Below, in pieces: positions 56,519 through 64,000 of a stretch of DNA of 64,000 nt (within the stretch, counting starts at the first letter, position 1; each line of letters begins with the position of its first letter). Made by a program: the position numbers and the translations under genes. This DNA comes from Ignavibacteria bacterium UBA7675 (lineage in GTDB: Bacteria; Bacteroidota; Ignavibacteria; Kapaibacteriales; UB7675): NCBI GenBank assembly GCA_002483085.1, contig DLHF01000072.1, forward strand, positions 28,310-92,309, in the 5' to 3' direction. Under the pieces are notes generated by a model, which saw only the letters and a list, made by a program, of their open reading frames with translations, was not told where the DNA came from and did not search any database.

Positions 56519-57493
56519 TTACCAGCCGAGCAACCACGCAAAAATCAGCGGTGCTACAATAGTAGCGTCCGACTCAATCACGAATTTTGGCGTGTTGATG
56601 TCGAGCTTACCCCACGTAATTTTTTCGTTGGGCACAGCGCCAGAGTACGAGCCATAGCTCGTTGTCGAGTCGGAAATCTGGCAAAAGTAGCTCCAGAACG
56701 GCACATCGTGCATTTCCATATCTTGATACAGCATCGGCACCACGCAGATCGGGAAATCGCCTGCAATACCGCCGCCTATCTGGAAAAAGCCAATGCCCTT
56801 GCCACCGGAGTTTTTCGTGTAGTAGTCGGCCAGCCACACCATGTACTCAATACCGCTTTTCATGGTCGAGGGCAGAAGCTCGCCCTTGATACAGTACGAA
56901 GCAAAAATATTACCCATTGTGGAGTCTTCCCAGCCCGGGCAGATAATCGGCAGATTGCGCTCGGCAGCGGCAATCATCCAGCTATCCTTTGGGTCGATCT
57001 CGTAATATTGCTCCATCTCGCCGGAAAGCAGCATTTTGTACATGTATTCGTGCGGTAAATACCGCTCGCCACTGTCGTTGGCCTGCTTCCACAATTTGAA
57101 AATGTGCTTCTGTATGCGGCGGAAAGCTTCTTCCTCCGGAATACAAGTGTCGGTAACGCGGTTAAAGCCGTTTTCCAGCAGTTCCCACTCATCTTGTGGG
57201 CTCAAGTCGCGGTAGTGCGGCACGCGCTTGTAGTGCGAATGCGCTACAAGGTTCATAATATCTTCTTCGAGGTTAGCGCCGGTGCACGAGATAATGTCCA
57301 CCTTGCCCTGCCGGATCATTTCGGCAAGCGATTTGCCGAGCTCGGCTGTGCTCATTGCGCCCGCAAGCGTTACCATCATCTTACCGCCTTCGGCCAGATG
57401 CGTTTCGTAGCCTTTCGCTGCATCGACAAGTGCCGCTGCATTGAAGTGCTTGTAATGATGTTCGATAAACTGGGAGATCGGTCCTCTGGTCAT
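56519..57493 (-). CDS. Deoxyhypusine synthase-like protein
   Basis: 324 aa with the DHS-family pattern (MVTLAGAMSTAELG, IISCTGANLEEDI, GGGIAGDFP). Confidence 0.85.
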   Translation of the reverse strand: MTRGPISQFIEHHYKHFNAAALVDAAKGYETHLAEGGKMMVTLAGAMSTAELGKSLAEMIRQGKVDIISCTGANLEEDIMNLVAHSHYKRVPHYRDLSPQDEWELLENGFNRVTDTCIPEEEAFRRIQKHIFKLWKQANDSGERYLPHEYMYKMLLSGEMEQYYEIDPKDSWMIAAAERNLPIICPGWEDSTMGNIFASYCIKGELLPSTMKSGIEYMVWLADYYTKNSGGKGIGFFQIGGGIAGDFPICVVPMLYQDMEMHDVPFWSYFCQISDSTTSYGSYSGAVPNEKITWGKLDINTPKFVIESDATIVAPLIFAWLLGW

Positions 57494-57602
57494 TGCAGTT
57501 CGTAGGATAACAATGCAATAAGAGCGCGCGGCTTACACCGGCGGCGGATTAAGCTGCAAAATTACGCCCGAAAATGTTCCTCCCAAAGAAGAATCGCTGA
57601 TA

Positions 57603-57700
57603 GGTGGCACAGCCGTCTTTGCGGCGCACGGCGCGGCGCTGTCACCGGTCGCACAATCGGAGCGTGAAGTTCGCCCTTCTGCGCCCTGCTGATGTTCTGC
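57603..57700 (-). repeat. Three-box intergenic repeat, copy 8 (partial: box3-like + box2)
   Basis: ggtggcacagcc at 57603-57614 and cgctgtcaccggtcgca at 57637-57653 (22 nt gap). Confidence 0.7.
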
Positions 57701-57818
57701 ATTCCCCTATAGCTCGTTGCCAATACTTCCGCCCCACTCCGCATTACATCACCACTCCGCTTGGCTCAGTCGCCACCTTTTTGCACTTTTGTAGCACTTT
57801 TTCCTCTATGGAGCATTT

Positions 57819-58583
57819 ATGACAGCAACAGGACAACACTTCAAAGACCTCTTTTCCCGGCAGTCGGCAGTGTACAGGCAGGCTCGCCCGGGCTATCCAG
57901 ATAGCCTGTTTCGCTGGCTGGCCTCACTCGTACCAAAAGACGCTACCCTGTGGGACTGTGCTACGGGCAATGGGCAAGCTGCGGTATCGCTTGCTCAATA
58001 TTTCCCACATATTATCGCTACTGATGCCAGCGAGGAGCAGATACGCAATGCTGTGGCTCACAACCGCATCAGCTATCGCGTCGCTCCTGCCGAACACAGC
58101 GGCCTACCCGATAGCTCCGTAGACCTTATCACCGTGGCCACCGCCGCGCACTGGTTCAACCACGACGCTTTTTACCAAGAGGTACACCGCGTGCTGAAGC
58201 CCGGTGGCGTGCTCGCACTCTGGACATACCACAGCACTACTATTGCGCCCGATATCGACGCCGTTGTAGCTCGCTACGAAACAGGCATATTAGATGGCTA
58301 CTGGGCCAAAGAAATACGGCATGTAGCCAATCGCTATACAACGCTCCCCTTTCCGTTTCCCCTGATAGATACACCTGTGCTACAAAGCCAGGTACTTTGG
58401 ACATTAGAACAACTGGCGGGATTCTTCATGAGCTGGTCGGCTACACAACACTATATAGCTCTCAACCGCTCAAACCCCCTCGATCTTATAATGCCCGCGC
58501 TGCAAAGCGTGTGGGGCGACCCCAGCCAGAAACGCGATGTGGCTTGGAATTTGGCGATCAAAGCAGGACGAAAACTGCCATAA
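57819..58583 (+). CDS. Class I SAM-dependent methyltransferase
   Basis: Motif I is LWDCATGNGQAA, with an acidic residue after beta-2 (IATDAS) and LKPGGVLALW as post-II. Confidence 0.8.
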   Translation: MTATGQHFKDLFSRQSAVYRQARPGYPDSLFRWLASLVPKDATLWDCATGNGQAAVSLAQYFPHIIATDASEEQIRNAVAHNRISYRVAPAEHSGLPDSSVDLITVATAAHWFNHDAFYQEVHRVLKPGGVLALWTYHSTTIAPDIDAVVARYETGILDGYWAKEIRHVANRYTTLPFPFPLIDTPVLQSQVLWTLEQLAGFFMSWSATQHYIALNRSNPLDLIMPALQSVWGDPSQKRDVAWNLAIKAGRKLP

Positions 58584-58766
58584 TTCTCTCCAAACGGGAA
58601 CCAGATGCACAAGGGCTGTTGTTTTTGGTGCTTCTCTGCTATCGGGAACAATTCACAGTCTACAGGCCGTTTGAGGAATAAAGCTACAGAGACGAGGAGC
58701 TCAGATCGAGCAGCTCAATGTAGCTGGGCGGGTAACAGCGGCAGCGCACAATGCTGTACAGAAGGA

Positions 58767-59465
58767 ATGATGAATACTTATAGGATAAAACTACTTGCGT
58801 TGTATCTGTTGCTCATAGCGGGGGGATTGTGGCATGTGCTGCATGTATTTCAGCATACAATGCAGGTGCTCGCTGTTCCGATGATCGTTGGTATCAGCCT
58901 GTGGCTTGCCTACGAATACTGGCATTTATACGCTCTTCCTCTGCTTATCGACACTCAATCACCGCGCCTGCGACAGAGGAATTTTGCGCTGTGGTGCATA
59001 GGCGTAGTAGCAGCGGGAATTGGCGTAGAAGCCCTTGGCGTGCGCACCGGCTTGGTATTTGGGCACTACGAGTATGGCAGTCTCCTTGCGCCGTTCATAG
59101 GCCCGGTGCCGCTGGCCATTGGTTTTGCTTGGCTTGGCATGATGCTGTGCTCTGTTGCCATTGTCACCCGCTCAACACCGCGCTCCCTGCGCCTCAACCC
59201 ATTTGCCGGTGCGCTGATGACCGCTCTGTTTATGATGATTTTTGACGTTCTGATGGAGCCCGCAGCAATAGCTCTCGGCTATTGGCACTGGTTTGGCGAA
59301 AGCATCCCGCTACAAAATTATATCGCCTGGTTTGGCGTGAGCTTTGTCTTTGCCTACATAGGCTTTCGGCTCCAATTGTTCGCAGGAAAAGCCCCGCTTG
59401 TAGCTCTCCACGCCTATTTTGCACAGGCATTGTACTTTGCGCTTGTAGCCATAGGAGCCTCATGA
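58767..59465 (+). CDS. cruF: Carotenoid biosynthesis membrane protein, DUF422 / CruF-like (candidate carotenoid 1',2'-hydratase)
   Basis: Polytopic membrane protein with GLVFGHYEYG and FDVLMEPAAIALGYWHW motifs, which I remember from the CruF/DUF422 family. Start chosen at the MMNTYR Met pair. Confidence 0.7.
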   Translation: MMNTYRIKLLALYLLLIAGGLWHVLHVFQHTMQVLAVPMIVGISLWLAYEYWHLYALPLLIDTQSPRLRQRNFALWCIGVVAAGIGVEALGVRTGLVFGHYEYGSLLAPFIGPVPLAIGFAWLGMMLCSVAIVTRSTPRSLRLNPFAGALMTALFMMIFDVLMEPAAIALGYWHWFGESIPLQNYIAWFGVSFVFAYIGFRLQLFAGKAPLVALHAYFAQALYFALVAIGAS

Positions 59466-60223
59466 AACCACATGATACTACCACAGGTCTCGCTCTGGCC
59501 TTTGCTCTTCTCAGCCTCTGGCTCGCCAGCCTCATCTGGCTTCTTTCCGCCGATCTCAATCACTTTTCTCTCGCCTTCATCCCTGTAGCATTCCTTCTGC
59601 AAACATTTCTCTATACTGGCCTCTTTATTACCGCACACGACGCTATGCACGGCACAGTAGCGCCCGGCTATCCAGCGCTCAACCGAGCTATTGGCAGTGT
59701 AGCTATTGTGCTGTACGCGCTCTTCGACTACCGACACCTACAGGCCAAGCATTTTGAACACCACAGGCACCCCGCACGCGAAGGCGATCCAGACTACCAC
59801 GATGGTCGGCACACGGGCTTTATGCGGTGGTACGCGCATTTTATGCTCGGCTATATGTCGTGGCGCCAGATAGTAGGCATGGCCATTGCGTTCAATATCC
59901 TCCACCATCTCGCAGGTATTCCACTCAGCAATCTGCTGCTATTTTGGGTAGCGCCTGCCCTGCTGAGCACCGCCCAGCTTTTTTACTTTGGCACGTATCT
60001 GCCTCACCGCCAGCCCGCCGAAGGCTACGGCAATCCGCACCACGCCCGCAGCAGCAACTATTCCGCTGTGCTGTCGTTCCTCGCCTGTTACCATTTTGGC
60101 TATCACTACGAACACCACGACCATCCATCAGTACCCTGGTGGCGCCTGCCATCACTACGACAAAACACCCAACTCCGTAAACGAACTGTTGATAATTCCC
60201 CGCGCGACACTACAACTGCATAG
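59462..60223 (+). CDS. crtW: Beta-carotene ketolase
   Basis: Histidine boxes AHDAMHG, FEHHRHP and HYEHHDHPSVPWWRLP are collinear with the Paracoccus-type CrtW as I remember it. The ATGA overlaps the cruF-like stop. Confidence 0.85.
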   Translation: MKPHDTTTGLALAFALLSLWLASLIWLLSADLNHFSLAFIPVAFLLQTFLYTGLFITAHDAMHGTVAPGYPALNRAIGSVAIVLYALFDYRHLQAKHFEHHRHPAREGDPDYHDGRHTGFMRWYAHFMLGYMSWRQIVGMAIAFNILHHLAGIPLSNLLLFWVAPALLSTAQLFYFGTYLPHRQPAEGYGNPHHARSSNYSAVLSFLACYHFGYHYEHHDHPSVPWWRLPSLRQNTQLRKRTVDNSPRDTTTA

Positions 60224-60385
60224 CTTCACAAGTAATCCATCACACCGATGACATCAGCTTCCGCTATGGTACTTTTGCACAGCCGAAAAACAATGATTAC
60301 TTGCTATTTTCCCCGCAAATGATATTTTGGGACAATTCTACCGGTAGCCCCAAGCCACTGGCTTGCTTCATAGAATGGAACTTCG

Positions 60386-60799
60386 ATGAGAATGTTGTCT
60401 ACTATACCAGCTTTTCCTGTTGCAGACATGGATAAAAGCATGGCGTTTTACTGCGACAAACTCGGCTTTACTCCGGGCTACCGAGAAGCAGGTTTTGCGA
60501 TTATTTGCCGCGATCACGCAGAGCTACACCTGTGGTTAGCCAGCGACGAAAGTTGGCGCACGCGCAAGCACTGGCAGCCCATTGTATCGGGTGCAGAGTC
60601 GTTTATCGCCGGTACGGCAAGCTGCCGCATAGGTATAGAAGGCATCGACGAACTGCACAGCACTCTTCAGCCGCTGGGCATCATACATCCCAATGGCCCG
60701 CTGGCCGACAAATGGTACGGTCTGCGGGAATTTGCAGTGCTGGACCCAGACAATAACCTGATCACGTTTTTCGAGAGTACCCATCGGGAAAAGGCATAA
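60386..60799 (+). CDS. VOC-family protein, bleomycin-resistance/glyoxalase-like
   Basis: 137 aa with FYCDKLGF, ELHLW and REFAVLDPDNNLITFFE, typical of the paired beta-alpha-beta-beta-beta fold. Confidence 0.8.
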   Translation: MRMLSTIPAFPVADMDKSMAFYCDKLGFTPGYREAGFAIICRDHAELHLWLASDESWRTRKHWQPIVSGAESFIAGTASCRIGIEGIDELHSTLQPLGIIHPNGPLADKWYGLREFAVLDPDNNLITFFESTHREKA

Positions 60800-60895
60800 A
60801 CAGCCGCTATTGGCTGTGGTAAGCACGTAGGATGACGGTCGAGATAGAGTATCAGCCATTTCAATACAGTTTTGCATATATTCAGGAAAACCGCT

Positions 60896-61336
60896 ATGTG
60901 GAAAGAGTTCAAAGCGTTTATCGCCCGTGGCAATGTTATGGACCTCGCCGTGGCAGTAATCATAGGTGCGGCATTTGGCAAAATCGTTACCTCTCTTGTC
61001 GATGGCGTGCTCATGCCTCCCATTGGCATGCTGCTTGGCAAGGTTGATTTCTCCAATCTATTTATTGTGTTAGACAGCGCAAAAGGCATTCCAGCCTCTG
61101 TAGCAGATGCAAAAGCACAGGGTATTCCGGTGCTGGCATATGGCGCGTTTATCAACGATATTGTCAACTTTTTGATCGTCGCTTTTGCCGTGTTCATGGT
61201 CGTAAGGACTGCAAACCGCCTCAAGAGCAAAGAAGAAGCGCCCGCTGCCGAACCAACGACGAAAGATTGTCCGTACTGCCTTTCGGCAATTCCGATCAAA
61301 GCCACAAAATGCTCGCACTGCACGGCGGATTTGTAA
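60896..61336 (+). CDS. mscL: Large-conductance mechanosensitive channel with a C-terminal CxxC...CxxC tail
   Basis: [31 protein letters not shown] is the canonical MscL N-terminus. The tail reads [23 protein letters not shown]. Confidence 0.9.
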   Translation: MWKEFKAFIARGNVMDLAVAVIIGAAFGKIVTSLVDGVLMPPIGMLLGKVDFSNLFIVLDSAKGIPASVADAKAQGIPVLAYGAFINDIVNFLIVAFAVFMVVRTANRLKSKEEAPAAEPTTKDCPYCLSAIPIKATKCSHCTADL

Positions 61337-61397
61337 ATCCAGCGTCGACAACAGAACACCTTTTTGTTTCTCATCAGTGATGTAGAAGGATTCGCTC

Positions 61398-61904
61398 ATG
61401 CTTGTTATCGCGTTTATTGTTCTCGTGATTGTCATTGTAAAAACAATGAATCCGAAAAAAACAATGTGGCAGAAGAAAACAAACCGATCTTCAGCCTCCG
61501 AGCCCGAATGTTCTCATGTGCATATTAGCCGGGTGTACAGTGTCTTTACACAAATGGAAGCACAAGCTCAGGAAGGAAGTTTCGCTGTTTTTGTGTTTAG
61601 TTCATCGGATCGACCCGCTCCGAATGATGCTGTCAATCTACAGTTCTCGGTGGAGAATTCCCATGCTGGCTTTGACTGGCTCTTGCGAACACCGCGAAAT
61701 ATTGAGGATCGTTCGCGTTTCGTGCAACTGGCAGAGTCTATGAACTACACAGTAGATCAGCGACAAAACAATGGGGTGCAATCCCTAAGGGTAGAAGGTA
61801 ATAATCTACCGCAGCTCTGCGTGGCAATTATGCAGGAGCTTTATGGGCTGAATCTCGATGATAAAGTCTACCTGTACACGATGGGTTTCGACTGGCAAGA
61901 ATGA
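61398..61904 (+). CDS. Hypothetical membrane-anchored protein
   Basis: N-terminal TM segment (MLVIAFIVLVIVIV). No family was recognised. Confidence 0.4.
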   Translation: MLVIAFIVLVIVIVKTMNPKKTMWQKKTNRSSASEPECSHVHISRVYSVFTQMEAQAQEGSFAVFVFSSSDRPAPNDAVNLQFSVENSHAGFDWLLRTPRNIEDRSRFVQLAESMNYTVDQRQNNGVQSLRVEGNNLPQLCVAIMQELYGLNLDDKVYLYTMGFDWQE

Positions 61905-61936
61905 GGGAATTTCCCCTGCTTTTTCCCCGCCCCGTA

Positions 61937-63904
61937 TCACGCCAGTGGCAGCTCGATAATAAATGTGGCTCCCACCCCGGGGCGGCTGTCGTACCGCACA
62001 TTGCCATTCATGCTTTCCACTAATTTTTTTACAATAGAGAGCCCCAGCCCTGTTGAGCTTTCACCCCCAGTTGGCCGGGCATCGAGGCGTGCAAATTTTT
62101 TAAAGAGCTTCTCGTAGTCGGCAGCAGCAATACCGGGTCCGCTATCCTGTACTTCTACCCGTGCCACAGCAGCATCCACCAACACACGTATAAAAACATC
62201 TGTGCGATAAGGCGAGTATTTTATAGCATTCGACACAAGATTGTCGAGCACTTCCAGTGTGTACTCCCAGTCGGCATACACCAGCACAACATCCGGCACC
62301 GACTTGCAATGGATATGTATCTCCTTTTCGCGCAGCCTGATTTCATAGTCGTCTACCACTGAGCGAATAGCTTCATTGAGGTTGAACGCCACTGGGTCCA
62401 GCACCATTTTGCCAGATTCTATCATATTGATATCGAGCAGTTTGGCCACAATTTGCCCCATGCGCAGCACTGTTTGTTTCATGCGGCCTATCTGGTACAG
62501 CACGTCCTGTGCAGTCATGCGCGACCAGTGATTTTCTACGAGCGAGAGCGCCATAGAAAGCCCTGTAATAGGATTTTTCAGGTCGTGCGCTACAATGCCC
62601 ATCAGCTCGTTTTTCTCGTTGTTTGCCTCGGTAAGGTCTTGGTTCAGCAGCTCTACTTTCTGAAGGGCTTCGGCGAGCTCTACATTTTTCAACCTGTAAA
62701 TTTCCTTCTCTTTTTCTGCCTGTTCGGCATTAAACCGCACCTGCATTTCGCTGATCGCCTGTAAGCGGCGCTCGTTGATTACGCTTTCTTTTATCCGGAC
62801 ATATTCTTGGTAGTGCAATAGCGCTGCTTCTGCATTCCCAGCGCGAGCCTCAGCCTTGGCGAGCAGTTCGCAAAGCTCATACTCCGCTTGGCTTATACCG
62901 ATTTCCTGAGCTATTGCCAAAGCCTGCCTGTAGTACTCTACTGCCGAGCTGATTTCCCCCTGTGCAGTACGCATATCTCCTATGGCTCGCAGAGTATCCA
63001 TGCAGTTTTTACGGTCGCCGATTTCATACGCGATGTTATAGCTCTGTTCAAAAAACACAAGCGCTTCTTTGTACTGGTGCGTGCTCATGTATATCTGCCC
63101 GGTGTACAATTGTGCAATTGCCATCTTTTTTGTATTTGCCTGTGCCTCGAAGAGCTCCAATGCGCGATTGCTGCACAGAAATGCTTCGTCGTATGCCCCA
63201 CGGCGGTTGTTGTTCCACGCCATATTGAGCAGCGTATTAGCCTCGCCGATCTCATCGCCGCTGTTCTGGTAAATCCCGAGTATATGATACTGATACTCTA
63301 ATGCCTGGTCGTACTCGCCAAGCGCCATGTGCAGGTTGGCAATATTGCTCATGATGCTTGGGTATATCCTGTGGTCCTGTTCTTGTTCCATCAGGCGCAG
63401 AGCATGCAAATAGTGCTGCATGGAGGTGTCGTACTGCCCTATGAGCAAGTAAATGGTAGCAATGTTGGTAAGTGTACCAGCCATGCCAGCAACATCTATC
63501 TCGAAAAAGCGCTCTCTTATCCCCAGCTCTTGTCGGTAGTAGTTGAGCGCCCATTCGTATCGGCACAGCAGATGGTGCGCGAGCCCCAAGTACCGAAAGG
63601 CGTAGCGCACGCCTTCCATGTCCTGAATAGAAGTAAAAATATCTAATGCCACGGTGTAGTACGGCAGAGCTTCTTCAAATTTTGACTGAAGGTGCAGCAC
63701 ACAACCGCGAAAAAATTCGGCGTATCCTCTACCGCGCATGTAGTTGACCACTTCAGAGAGATCGCCGATTTCCGTGGCAATTTCCTGTAGACGAACAGGA
63801 TTAGTGCGAATATGATGAATAGCTTCTACAATTAGCGATTCGATATGCCCGACAAGTTCGTCGTAAGAGCGCGTATCGTCTGGAGCTGACGACGGTTGTA
63901 TCAT
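61937..63904 (-). CDS. TPR-repeat sensor histidine kinase
   Basis: About 380 aa of TPR-like repeats, a coiled coil, an H-box (IVAHDLKNPITG), an N-box (LDNLVSNAIKYS) and a G-box (GLGLSIVKKLVE). Confidence 0.85.
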   Translation of the reverse strand: MIQPSSAPDDTRSYDELVGHIESLIVEAIHHIRTNPVRLQEIATEIGDLSEVVNYMRGRGYAEFFRGCVLHLQSKFEEALPYYTVALDIFTSIQDMEGVRYAFRYLGLAHHLLCRYEWALNYYRQELGIRERFFEIDVAGMAGTLTNIATIYLLIGQYDTSMQHYLHALRLMEQEQDHRIYPSIMSNIANLHMALGEYDQALEYQYHILGIYQNSGDEIGEANTLLNMAWNNNRRGAYDEAFLCSNRALELFEAQANTKKMAIAQLYTGQIYMSTHQYKEALVFFEQSYNIAYEIGDRKNCMDTLRAIGDMRTAQGEISSAVEYYRQALAIAQEIGISQAEYELCELLAKAEARAGNAEAALLHYQEYVRIKESVINERRLQAISEMQVRFNAEQAEKEKEIYRLKNVELAEALQKVELLNQDLTEANNEKNELMGIVAHDLKNPITGLSMALSLVENHWSRMTAQDVLYQIGRMKQTVLRMGQIVAKLLDINMIESGKMVLDPVAFNLNEAIRSVVDDYEIRLREKEIHIHCKSVPDVVLVYADWEYTLEVLDNLVSNAIKYSPYRTDVFIRVLVDAAVARVEVQDSGPGIAAADYEKLFKKFARLDARPTGGESSTGLGLSIVKKLVESMNGNVRYDSRPGVGATFIIELPLA

Positions 63905-64000
63905 AGCCCTTGACCCCGTAGGGAATTATGCGCTTTTGCGCAAAGATGTAGGAGAGAAAGTCCACAGCAGCGATAGCTTAGCAGTGCTCCTGTACGGCAC

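Noticed and set aside
1-64000. Search for tRNA, rRNA, tmRNA, RNase P or SRP RNA, and for transposases, integrases and phage genes.
   Set aside because: No T-loop GGTTCGAATCC-type sequence, no GAGGAAAGTCC RNase P core and no rRNA-like stretches were seen in the intergenic regions. No ORF translation shows DDE, tyrosine/serine recombinase or phage structural motifs.

Overview
This 64 kb bacterial chromosomal window is about 50% GC. It most likely comes from the FCB group (Bacteroidota / Ignavibacteriota / Chlorobiota-like). The lineage evidence is three proteins ending in T9SS-type C-terminal sorting domains, DUF3857/transglutaminase-like lipoprotein modules, and at least one TAnnTTTG-type promoter element. 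There are no rRNA or tRNA genes, CRISPR arrays, transposases or integrases.

Housekeeping content:
- Core metabolism and translation: plsC, gatC, kdsB, rsmB, a Cys/Met PLP enzyme, deoC.
- Envelope: an Omp85-family protein and mscL.
- Acyl-CoA and keto-acid metabolism: an acyl-CoA carboxylase beta subunit and a fused 2-oxoacid dehydrogenase E1 alpha/beta.
- Signalling and regulation: a TetR regulator, rel/spoT and a TPR histidine kinase.

Accessory content:
1. Three paralogous T9SS cargo proteins of 1462, 1433 and 478 aa. The 478 aa protein looks like a domain-deleted copy of the 1433 aa one.
2. A tandemly duplicated two-gene module: a transglutaminase-like protein plus a paralogous lipoprotein.
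3. A carotenoid cluster: tspO, lycopene-cyclase-domain protein, CrtD/CrtI-like desaturase, crtI, crtB, acyltransferase, cruF-like, crtW.
4. A minus-strand tandem array of nine paralogous genes that splits the carotenoid cluster at about 46.9-52.2 kb. They encode about 105-120 aa Sec-signal proteins with a conserved N-x-S/T sequon, a conserved Cys pair and a PPPN(PPN/W) motif. I cannot assign them to any family I know, and this is the best candidate for an undescribed system.
5. A roughly 170 nt three-box intergenic repeat family, with at least 8 copies in both orientations and conserved box spacing.

All functional calls come from reading the supplied translations and recognising motifs from memory. 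No database search was run.
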